The translations under genes and the position numbers were made by a program. Positions 1-12,200 of a stretch of 64,000 nt of DNA are shown piece by piece (the first letter of the stretch is position 1; each line of letters starts with the position of its first letter). The DNA comes from Phoronis australis (taxonomy: Eukaryota; Animalia; Phoronida). Under the pieces are notes generated by a model. That model was given only the letters and a program-made list of their open reading frames with translations. It had not been told where the DNA came from and made no database searches. The DNA is taken from contig NMRA01000072.1 of NCBI GenBank assembly GCA_002633005.1, forward strand, positions 733,957-797,956, written 5' to 3'.

Positions 1-169
1 ACACAAAATTATAGCAACCCGCCATGACCCTACATTTATCTCATTGGCAATAACCACGAAAAAGTTACCATATAATGGAAATAGTTTGTCTCGTACTCCT
101 AATATCACAAAATGCCTGTATCCAAAATTTTTCAAAGGCATATGCACCTAGCGGATATTTTACTGATTT

Positions 170-281
170 CAGGTGGCGGCGGCCGGCCGGGGATGCCGGG
201 TAGGCCTACCGGAGCTGCAGATTTTATAGGGGGCGCTTTTTACAAAACAACTCTCGTCGCAGTCATTTCGTTTTCATCAAC
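170..281 (+). promoter_or_regulatory. GC/CpG-rich promoter and 5' UTR region of SART3
   Basis: Locally GC- and CpG-rich stretch (ggcggcggccggccgggg...ggggcgc) just upstream of the ATG at 282 in an AT-rich background. Confidence 0.4.
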
Positions 282-3200
282 ATGGCTGATAGCGGCAAGG
301 ACGAAAGTGTCGTTGCTGTATATGAAAACGATGAAGCTATGGATAGCTATGAAAATATCGATAATCCAGACTCAGACTCTTCATCTGAAGGTCTGAGTGA
401 TAATGAAGCAAGCAACCTAAAGATAGACGAACTTAGTGCTAAGGTAACCATTGTTCATGCGTACGAACCAGTGCTGACTGCACTGACAAATGAGTGACAT
501 AATTAGCATTAGCAGTCATTTGTCGGGTTGGAAATCCGTACATTAAAAGTGTAGAATTAAGGCATATATATTATATTCGAATTGTACATCTAATATTGTA
601 CTGCACAGTTGCACATGTTGAAACTGCAAACATGTCAGAAAATACGTCAAATAATACACACAGGCCTTTATCCATGATTTCGAAAATAGGGTGTCCAAAA
701 TCAAAATGGGTTACCAATATGCCAGGGCGTCCTTGATTCCGACGCGTAAACCCGCAGGTAATTATTTACAATATGACGACATTGACTTACACATATGATT
801 TCGGTATTGTTCAATTCCTTGCAACGTTATCGTTCTAAAAATACCACGATTTTTTTCCTACCCCGCTCCCTTAGTACTTTATCGCGAAATTTCTGCTCGC
901 ACTATTTCCCGGTACTCGGTTGTAACACCGCCATGTTGGAATGGAAGGAGTCATCTGGCGGTCAAAAACTGAACTAATCTACCGACTTCTGCAGATTGTC
1001 GCTTTTCATAGGTTCAAATTGACCGTGACCCGTCTATCCCCTGCCTGCATTACGGTCCCAAGGGTTCGAATTCGATCCTATGGTGACCCTGGTACACATC
1101 TGCTAGCAAGAATCCACGAAAAAGCGGAGGTTGTTTTTGAGGTCCAACTTGGTGAAAAGGGTTTCACTTCAAACAATTTTCGAGGAAAAATGGTCAATTG
1201 TAAAAAATTTGGAAAAGGTAAAATGCTGCTACATGTTTCTCCATATTATGTCGGGGAAAACTTTAGCGGGAATCTCGTGCGGGCAAACACCATTCAGAAT
1301 CGAGGATGCTGTTTCATTCATTAACAAGAGGTGTCGCTGTAATCTTGAGTTGAGCTAACATGGCGGTGTCAATCGGGAAATAGTGCGAACCGAAATTCGA
1401 CGATAAAATATGGAGGAAACACGGTAGGGGATACATTCATATATTTTTGGAAAGATAATGTTGCAAGGAATCGAACAATACCAAAATCATGTGTGTAGGT
1501 CAATGTTGTCATATTGTAAACAATTACCAATCAGCCAAGTAGCTTACCAAAGAAATATTAGAGATATTGGTTAAACGATGTGTGCACTATGTTTTTGGTG
1601 ATCTCAAGTCAAATTGATATCATTTTAGTTTGCTTTAATATTGTGTAAAATGAGTCATCAGAGCTGCAGTTACAAAACAAGAAAAATACACATATGAATC
1701 AATGTGCGTTTTAAGGTTTTAATATGGAACAGCAGTGACACCTGTTGCCAAAATATAAATCACACATCACTGCTGTTCCATATTAAAACCTTAAAACGCA
1801 CATTGCAAGGCATGAAGTGAGCGCAAACTCAAATTAAATGGGCATATTCTTGAGGCACAACACTGTAATAAAGTAATGACATTTATTTCGCTTTTGATAT
1901 TTTTAAAAATAGATGAAAATCATGAAGTTACAGTTCTGAAACATCAGTATGGAGTCGCACTAAGGTTTGAACCCTACATCTACATACAGTAATGCCCTGT
2001 GGTGCTAAGACCACTGGGAGCATAGCCAGCAGTGGAACAAACTTTGACTACCAATTCTGTTAATGCTTGAGAGGTATTGTAGATGCTCACAACATGGCAA
2101 CAAAGCATATACAAAGTATATGCATTGTATACTTCTTGGAAGAAAGAGCCCTCACTTTGAGCTCACTTCTCCTTTCATCTATGTGTCGTGGCATCCTAGT
2201 AATCATTACAATGTGTGTGTCCGAACTTGAAAGGTTGGTTTGACAGTGGGCGTCCAAATGATACATTGGGCGTCCTTGCCATTTGGACGCCCAGGACCTA
2301 CACTGCATGAAGGCCTGTATACACACCAAGGACCTAAACATGTATAATTTTCTGGTGGCATAAATGTGCACAGGACTTATTTAGTGAGTTAGCATACTTT
2401 AAACAATGTTAAGGACCCAGCATGAAGTATCTGTGCTTTGTTCCTTTGGCCTTACAGGCTGTGGTCAACCCTGCGACATTTTGATACACTGTTTAAGCAA
2501 CCCCTGGATTGCATTTTATACCAAATCTGAATATTAGTTGGTTAAGAACAAATGTTTTGAAAATACGCAAAAAACTGCATTAGTTAAAGATGCTGTTTTA
2601 AGTATCATTTTTTCAAACAAACTCTCAACACACTGTTTTGTTTCGCATTATGAACAGCTACGTGTCCCGATACTCTTTTGATAATCGTATGCAGAAGAAT
2701 GCTGCAAATTTCAACACTAGATGTCACGTGACCTCGCATAAGCGGAAACAAAATGATTCACGACTAGGGCATTGCCGACTTTAGGGCTTCGGATTATAAT
2801 TACATGGAAATCGAGCCCTTCGAAAGAACTTATTCCCTGAAAATCAAAGATTCATCTTTTTACTGTTTGCATGTCGCTCCGCCATTTGCATTTTTGTGAA
2901 CTCGTGAACTGGAACATTCACTTGGCTGATTGGCTTGTATTCGGGTCACTTGACGTCATTAGGCTAATGATTTGGTTAAGAACTAAGATTGCAAGATGAC
3001 AGACGATTTGATTTGTCATTATAAAGAAAGGCGAAATGTTACCTGTAGGACAGTTTTGCAATTCCCTAAAAATGTTAGGGGTATCTGAGTTGCTTAGTAC
3101 TACTAACAAACTGCATAAGTATTTTCTTCCCATTCTTTTGGTATATGTCCATTTCGCAAATGTGTGAAAAGCACTGCACTCTTCAACTCTGTTTAAGAGC

Positions 3201-6200
3201 AGTCTGAACTGCTTGCTCAAACAAATGCTCCGAAATCAAACTTTTTTCGAAAAGTACTTCGCTTAGTTGCCCAGATCGTCAACTGGACATTTTTCAACTG
3301 CTCATGCCAGGGGATATGACATAACAATCAACATGCTTATTTATTTGTGCACACAGTCTACAGAATTTTTAGTGTCAAATTTTGTTGAATGGTGCATATA
3401 TTACAATTTCTTGAAATTCATGTTGTTCAATGCACATATTGCACCCGCACTTTCATTTTCAGTTACGAAAAAAAAAGCATCCATCTGTAAAATTGTAATT
3501 GGTAATGACGGAGTTACTGTGCCACGTTTGGAAAAGGATTTATTGTGTACCTTGTGTCACTTAGAGGTAATGCTGCTATGACCAGGTATTTAGCCTGGTT
3601 CCCAGTTACGTAACAATGTTGAAGCAGCATTTTCCTGGCTAAAACGTGGATATTGAATGAGCCATTTTACTATTATGAAATTGAGTCCCATGTTAACTAC
3701 TCTCATAGTATTGTGTTTCTTATGTGTATTTTAACCACTGGCAATGCATACTTGCATCATTTTCCTATTGATTTTGCTATTGTCAGGCTGACCACACCCA
3801 ATAAACTCTCTAGAGCGTTTTATCCAGACGCTGATGGTTTCAATGGTACAACAGAAATAGAAGCCTATCACGATAATGTATATTACGGTACTGATTTGAT
3901 GAGAGGAAATGGTCGAATTCGACTTTCGTTTTCAGCGAGTAAAACGGGGCAAAATACAGCTTTAATGGCAGTGCTTGATGCTTAACTTGATGCCATGTTG
4001 CCAATGAGACTTCGCCAAATTCTCAAGAAGTCACCAAACTAAATATGAGGTCGCCAAAACCAAAATGAGACATTGAGTGACAATGTTGGTAACTAACCAT
4101 ATTAGCACAGTATGAGGGACATTTTTAATGTCACAGTTTTCGAAAGAAGACCCTCCCCCCATTGGCTTGGGCCTATTTTTAATTTTGTTTGATGTTTCTG
4201 AAAGGGCGTTGTCCAACTATCTGTCCATGGGCTTATTTTTAGAAATTTCTAGAACATTGACATTAATGCTGGCATACAGGATTTTCATTAATCTTCCAAA
4301 CTTTCAAAGTTGAGTACCACTTACGTTTTTGGTCATAAGTGTGATGCAACAATTTTTCAGGTAAAAGAGAATCCGTATTTGTATGACGGCCATTTGCAGT
4401 TGATCAAAATACTGAGGAAAGAAGCGGAGTTGGAGAAACTGAGAGTGGCAAGGAAAAGAATGAGTGAAATTTTTCCTCTCACTGAAGGTTTGTATATATA
4501 GAGTCTGATTTTCTGCGATTTTGAAAACGGACAGAATTCATGGAACTTCTTTCAGACTTTGAGGTTTCAAGTGGAATGTAGATATTTCAGTAGTAGATAC
4601 GGTAATTCTAAGATTTCCGATTTTTATTATAGCTTGATATACACTCGCTCATGGTCTGTGTACAATTTCGATCTTAAATCATTGCTAATAGACATTACAA
4701 ACAAGACAGTAAAAATAGTAGCTGTATTTTGAGAGCACATGTCTAATCCTCAGGCACTTGGTGAAGTGAGCACGGTGTGAGCGAAATAGAGAAATAAATT
4801 GTCTGGTTACAGGTAGAAGGGCATACAAACAGGACGTGTGAATGCAACCCGTGGTAGGAAACACACAAGCCTAATGTAACAGAGCCAGTTTGTAGTGAAC
4901 ACCTGCTAGATGCTCATTCAGTTCCAGCTTTTCATGACTGATTATCAGAGACTCCAAAATCTTTAACCGAAATGTATCGTTTTCTATGCTATTTTATCAT
5001 TTTACAGTCCCACACCACAGCTACCATCTGATAAGGCTTTGAGAACCAGAAACTGTGTACCTTCACAACAATGTCTGAAGCCTTTGAAAAATGAAAACGG
5101 GACAATTTTGGCAATTATATGTGTCCGAAGTGGTGTGATTTTAGGTTAGAAAACTTCAAGTGTCAACTCTTGGTGAAAAGTCGACATGGAGATATTAACA
5201 AAATCTTATCTGATTGACAAGTAACAAAATGTATGAACTCCAGCAAAATATTAAATCATTTTTTTCTGATTACTGTCATAACTCGTTCTTATCTACATTC
5301 ACATGTGTCAAGTGCTTTAGACATATTATTTTTCTAACATTTCATTGATTTTTAATTTCTGCCTTAAGTTGCAATGATTAAGGTAGATTTGTTCAAAGCA
5401 ATTGTGATCTGAACATTTGATGTATACTCAATTTCTGCAGGGATAGTCATGGACCGTGCCATTAGTGCATAAAAAAATAAAAAGGCGCGAGTACAAAGCT
5501 GCAGTGTTCCCCCCCGGTGCATCTATTAAAATGCAACATTCTTCCAAAAATGCAAGATTACAGCCAACTGGGTAATATATAGATCGCAGATTTCATTAAA
5601 ATGAGACCAAGTTAACAGGCCATTAGGTTTTCTAATATTTGATCGTAAATTACCATTACTGTATACAAATGACTACACGTCCTCTCCACTCCAGCTGCGA
5701 CCTTGATATACAATTATCCTCCCACAGAGGGCAAGACGTCACATGCACTTAGCAATGTCTGCTTTAGGAGCTGTCAGACAAGAATGGTGAAGCGACTGTC
5801 AACTTTAAACTTACAGTTACTGAAGGAGGAGATGGACTCATTTGACTTACAACAGGCTGTTCAGATGTGGGGCAATAGAAGAACAGTAATTTTTTAAATC
5901 AAAATTAAACGTTTGAAATCTTTGTCAGATTACCTGCTTTCTGATGTGGCATGACAATTTTTACATGACGTGATTGTGTTCTTATTTCGCCACAGCTGAA
6001 CATTCTTTTGTCAGATTGCCTTTTTGTACGCAATTTTTAAATAAAAATGCAACCTTTATTTGTTTTTCATTGGGATTTGTGTTTCATATGCTACCACTTT
6101 AATTACACTAACTTTGCTGGGCACAACGCTTTGAAAAATGGAACACTTCATACCATCAGGTGCGCCCAAAGGGTGCTGGTTAAAACCTGGTCAGGAATAT

Positions 6201-9200
6201 CCCTGATTCTGTTTATCTCTATTCGTAATTAATGCAGTAATGGAAAGTTGCATGTAATTGTTGACTGAAAGGGAATCATTGTGAAGCGTTCTGAATTCAT
6301 TTGGTCATTATTGTTGGTATGAGGTGATTGAAGAATGCTATTATGAGACGAGTGGGGTCGTGTACAGCTAAGAGGGTACTGTTTAATGCAATTAATCAGC
6401 TTCAACAAGGTTTTAACAACTTTTTGAAACCTGCTGAACGTTATGGCCTTTGAATCCATTCTGTCAATTAACCCAAGGTCATGTAGGAGCCTTGATGCCT
6501 CAATTTTGGGTCCAAATATCGTCCTCATTACCCTCCAAAAAGGTTTTAAAATCATCCAAAATTTCCATCATCTCATCAGAATTTTCCTGGTTTAGAAGGC
6601 ATGTGTGAGTAAGGGTCCTGATATCTAGTTGTCAAAGTCAGTATTAATCTCTTCTTTTCAGAGTTGTGGCTTGAGTGGCTTGAAGATGAAATACACATGT
6701 CTTCCTCTGAGATCGACAGAGTTGCGATAACCCAGATGTTTGAGACAGCCATCAGGGACTATCTGTGTGAGTCTTAACAGATCAGTGAGACTGTTGAGGG
6801 TTCTCCACAATTGAATACATAATAGGTCTCGAGTATGTGAATGCTAAAAAATGTGACTTTGGTGTCCATCCCTTACTTTTGACAAATTGCAATTATTATT
6901 AAGCGCCCTCGGCTCAGATTAGCGCCTAGACGTAATTTGCGTCATAAAATTTGTTTTCAAACCTGTAGACTGTCAAATGCTGAAACTGGGCGTGTGCACC
7001 CTAGGTGCGGGAAACTCAGGGAGGCAGCTAAAGTTATCACGCTCTTTGCTCGTAATAGTTGACGATATCTCGGGTAGTCTTAGGTAATCTTGTGATTTCG
7101 TGAGATTCCCACGCCTACGAAACGCACGTCTGGTCAATTTCTAGTCGACAGGTGTTATAGTCATTGTCGGTGATCACCAGGGACGTGTTGTTAGCATCTT
7201 AGTGCATTAAAAATGTTAAAACTGATACTTACCTGATTTTAAGTCAACTACATAACAAAAAAAATGTTCTTCATGAGAACCGTTCTTTTCTTGTATTTTT
7301 TAGTCCCAAATTCTGACCTTGTTAACATCCAAAGTCAAAGTAAGAGGTTCTCTACACATGCCATCTATTGTTGACCTATTTTTACCATATATGCCACGTA
7401 TACAGTGCCAAGCAAGCAAAAGTCAAGCTTACGTGACATTTTGTGGCTGACCTATTTTTTGCAAGTGTGTTATATCTCAATTCGCCCTTGTTCAAATACT
7501 TTTGCATATCACGAATGTCGATATAATAACCACTGGTACAAAGGCGTATGTTGTATGACATATACTTAGACACAAGATTTTAGTTTGTGATATTTACACT
7601 GCGTCATTCCTGCACCAATACGTCATTCGGCCTGGGCATACTACGCCTCACTTGTGTTTTTGTAGTCTGACATTTAAGGTGCAAACAAATGGAGGAAGTT
7701 TGCGCTTAGATTTATTTAGTTTGCATCTTCAACGACTTTAATGACATTCATGTGGCTGCTTAGTCCTAAAATTTTGGTGGCTATTTTTTCAACGTGTTTT
7801 CTTCTATTTAAAATTTTGTTCTTAGCTACTCGAATACACGTCGGTTAAAGAGTTTCGGTTAGGGAGTGTCGGTTAAAAAATGCCAATTCATCATTCGCTT
7901 TCGCTACTAGCCTTATGGTTACAGCAAATCCTTTGAACTTTGGGTCCGTGTACTTCAATTTCAAAGGTCATGGGTGACCAGGGCAACTATCTAGCTCAGA
8001 GGTTAAGAGGTCATGTACGTGTAAATGCCCACACCTCGATTTTGAGATTCGCCTAGTATTAAGTCTGTTAATTTATAAGTTTACTATATCTAAAATGAGT
8101 TAAGGGCTTTTTGTCAATTAGACAACGGGTGATTTTTCAAAATGGTCCGTGAAAATCACTGAATGATCATGATGCCTTTTTCCAAACTGGTCGTTATTTT
8201 TTCAAAGAGGTCGCTGACTGTTCAAACATGTTGCAAGTGCTTCCAATCAGGTTGCAACAATACGTTAACAAAAGAGGTCATGGAGAACACTTTAAATGTG
8301 ACGGGTTGTATTTCCTACTCAGCATGTCTGCTGGATGATGATAATGATGTAGTGATTATGTTACTGCAATTGTCCAGCTGGACATCCATGTGTTTGACAA
8401 AAGCTCATCGACTCCATTTTCAAATTTTCACTTTTAAATGTCCTTGCTATGTGTTGACCTGCAATTTATGTGGACTGGACGTTTAGTAACTAAATCTACC
8501 CAAACAAGTGGAATTTTGTCAAATTTCTCAACAACACTACGGTAGTTCCTCACTTGTTTAGCACACAATATGCCGACCAGTGAAATTCTAGTTTATTGAA
8601 ATTTCTCCACAAAAATAAAGATTAAGAAAATTTTAATTTGTTACTAGTATGTTATGTATGTGTAGGTCATAAAACAACTTTTGGTCAGTTTTCCTTTATT
8701 TGCAGTAAAGGTAACCAGCCTTTGAAAAATTGAAAAACAACAATTTCAATCATTATTTTTGAGCGAATTAAGTTTTAGTACCCTAAGAATTGAGAAAACT
8801 TTAGTCTTTTATTTGCATTGTTAGCATAGCTGTTTGGCATTGTCCCTTCTTCTTTACACAGTGGTATATAGCACACGGCAAAGGCAATCAGACAAAACAT
8901 GGTTTCTCTGTCATGACGACTAAATATATCCTTCCCAACTGAAATGACTGAGCGATGTTCCAGCAAAATCTGTATGGGAGGGGGGGGGGTTGGTGGCAGT
9001 TGAAATAAAAATTAATGGGTGGTTGTCTTCTGAAGGAAATTTAAATTATGGGTGGTCCTTATCGAAAGAAGTAAGTTGTTAAAATTGGGTGGTGTTTTTT
9101 GACTGTAAATGTTGACAGGTGGGTATTTTCAGCCAGGATATACGGGAAATATATTTAAGTTGTAACTGAAATTCAAACCGGTTGTGGCAGACTGCCATGA

Positions 9201-12200
9201 ACGTTTTTTTATCACCTTACCAGTATTTATTCTATATTTACAAAATCTGACAGTATCATACTGTGATACGGCAATTAAAAAAACTACTTGTTTGTATAAC
9301 ATCTATTATAGCACGGTAGGGATCCTTTGCCAAATAGAAAAATGCAATTACATTTGTGCTAAATAACATTAGCGTTACAACCTCTTCAATATAGTCCCAC
9401 TTTTAATGTTGAGCCTGTATCTGTTACAGCTGTTGCAGTTTGGCTGGAGTACGTCCAGTTCTCCATAGGGGGCATGGCTGAGGAGGATGGTGTGGCAAAG
9501 ATACGCAATGTATTTGAGCGAGCATTGGCAGCGGCCGGTCTCCATGTGACCAAGGGAGCCTCACTTTGGGAGGCGTACAGAGAGTTCGAGGGTGCCATTC
9601 TTGCTGGTCTGCAGGTAACGGGACCAAATCTTAGATTTAGGTAAAAAAAATAACAAAAATTAAGGAGAGTTTCCTTAATGTTCACGCTTTCGAGAAATTT
9701 GACAAAGTGAAATTTGACTTGTTCTGACATTTTGTGTCCCAAGCTGACAAAGTTTTACATACTCACCATCCATTTTCCAAAGTGTACAAAATGAAGTTTT
9801 GGGAGGGATTGTTCATAGAGCAAGGAGAAAGTGTCATACTGTGATTGCACCTGGTCACAAAGCACTCACTGGTGACTCTTGGTGCTCTCGTGGACAAGAG
9901 GAAAGTATGTCACTTTTGTATGCAAGATGCATGAGTGCAATAGTCATCCTCCATTTTCAGCCATCACTCGGTGGCGTGCCGACTCCAGAAAAACAAGAAC
10001 AAATAGCAGCTCAGACGAATCGTATATCATCGATATTCAAAAGACAGCTGTCCATTCCGTTAAATGGTGAGCATTTAAGTTTTGTCGTACTTTTGTAAAA
10101 CTTTCATTGCTTTAGATATACGCCAATGCTTCTCAGATTCAACCTCGATTGGATGTTTCACGTGTCACGTGGTTGAACTGAGTTACTATTATTGCGCTTC
10201 TGCTGACATCTTTATTTTAAAATGCAAAACGATGTCAGATAGTTTTACCAAATGTGGATGCGCAACCTGTAAAACATGGCAGAGCATCTTAGAAGACGTT
10301 CACACATTTCTTGCCATTTTCATGTCAAGTGAACTAAGTATACGCATTAGACAAGCAGCTATTGGCACACACTTTTGACGTAAAAATGATGATGTGAAAA
10401 GACGCAAATTAAATGTTTTTTATTGTTTACAAAACGAAAATAAGCAAATTGCTTTATCTTACCATATTGGTAATCTGACGAAAACCAGCAGTGAAGTGAG
10501 TGTGAATCACATTACATAGTCAACGTAAATGGATACTGCCCCCAGAAAAAAGCAATATTTTTGTTCAATTTCGGGTGAAAAGGGGAAGTGTATGTTTTGT
10601 GCATTGATGAATATGGAAATAATTGTGATAACTGGAACACTGGATTTTGTCATTTGTTGACTGTTTACCCTTAGAACTGTCTGTTCTTGTTAATACTAAA
10701 CGTGTATTTGGACATGGCATTGGATCAGCAGATACGAGCATTCACTGTGAATCAGTGATTGCATCTATGACAATACAATCATGCGCTGCTCTTGGACTTT
10801 CAGAGATGGAGGACACGTACGAGGAATACAAGGTGTGGTGTAATGATGAAATTGACTCAAACACAGAACTGGCTTACAAAAAAGCCAGAGAAAGGTTCAA
10901 GAAAATGAACAAATATGAAACAGAATTGGTGAGGTTTTGCTTATTTTTTAGGAAGAAGAATTGCCCCAATTGTAAATGTAGATTAAATTAAGTGAAGAGA
11001 GCTTACTTATTCACGTTACATATCTCTGGAAAAATGGGCCACTGCATTGTCTCGAATTTTTTTATAAACCTTTACCAGGTTGTTAATTGTTTCCTTGTGT
11101 AAATTTTATTTCTCCTATTGTCAGTACTCCGACATGTTTTACCATAATAAAATGTTAGTAATGTGTGGGCTACTTTATGTTGTTAACTTTTTGGTTAAAC
11201 ATGTCATAAAGTAAGAACGTGGTGGTGACCAAATTTTTCTTGAGAATGCTCAAGAATTGATCAATCGCATGACGTACTTTAAAGTATACTAACCCCGTTT
11301 TGATGATTTCAACCGGTCCTTGTTCTATCACCTGCTAATGTATCATTGGTGTCAAGCTTCCAAGTTAAAGCTAGGAATGAGTTAAAAACTCATTTCCTGT
11401 GTCACATATTGGGCATTATGGTCATTGGTGGGTGGTCTTTTCCCGCAGTTGCCTTGTAATTTCCTAAACTTGTAGATCAAGCTTGCCCGTTAAGCAGACT
11501 TTGAAAGGAGTTTTCAGATTTTCCTCCAAACTTTGAGGGTTGTCAGGGTTACTGAGCAGGTTTTTTGTTTCAGTGAACTGGATGGGAAAGTCGTTTTTAT
11601 GTTAATACGCCAAAACCGAGTTTGGTATCCTTGTAAGTTATTCTAGGTGTTGTGATTGGTTAACTTTTGAGTCGAGCTTTGAGTAAAGTTTGGTTGTCAT
11701 GGGAACTGGTGAGCTTCTTCAACATGAGTTTCTAGAAAAATAAATGATGAGTTAAAATCAACCTCTCACAAGTTAGTCATCTGTATTTGGGGTTGCCACT
11801 GGCAACTGAAAACAATTATACAACCAGGTGCATTCTGCTTGGTTAGTATCTTGCCAGTTAGGCGAATTCATGCAAAATCATGCTAATGAAAAGTAAAATA
11901 AAAGTAAATATTTAATTGCAGGCTGTCTGTTACACGTTGTACCAGACGTGCGCAGGCTGCTCGGGTGGGCCCAGTGCACTGATCACCTGGAAATATATTA
12001 ATGTGCTTTATTGACATTTAGTTAAAACCAAGAGGAGGAGCTAGATACCTGACTCAGTGGTCTAGCAGTGTGACCTAGTGGTCTAGCAGTGTGACCTAGT
12101 GGTCTAGCAGTGTGACCTAGTGGTCTAGCAGTGTGACCTAGTGGTCTAGCAGTGTGACCTAGTGGTCTAGCAGTGTGACCTAGTGGTCTAGCAGTGTGAC

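Larger units (their letters stand above)
661..2317. mobile_element. Non-autonomous hAT-like DNA transposon in SART3 intron 1
   Basis: TIRs CAGGCCTTTATCCA / CAGGCCTTCATGCA (reverse complement of right end); 8-bp near-perfect TSD aatacaca (653-660) / tatacaca (2318-2325); GGGCGTCC subterminal motifs at both ends. Confidence 0.7.

Noticed and set aside
941-1358. 127-aa and 75-aa ORFs
   Set aside because: Lie inside a MITE in SART3 intron 1; no recognisable domain.
9386-9742. 118-aa minus-strand ORF
   Set aside because: Antisense shadow of SART3 exon 9430-9614.
12022-12080. Candidate for the missing SART3 exon (ag|TTAAAACCAAGAGGAGGAGCT...)
   Set aside because: Reads LKPRGGARYLTQWSSSVT* with no HAT-repeat similarity and stops inside the repeat.
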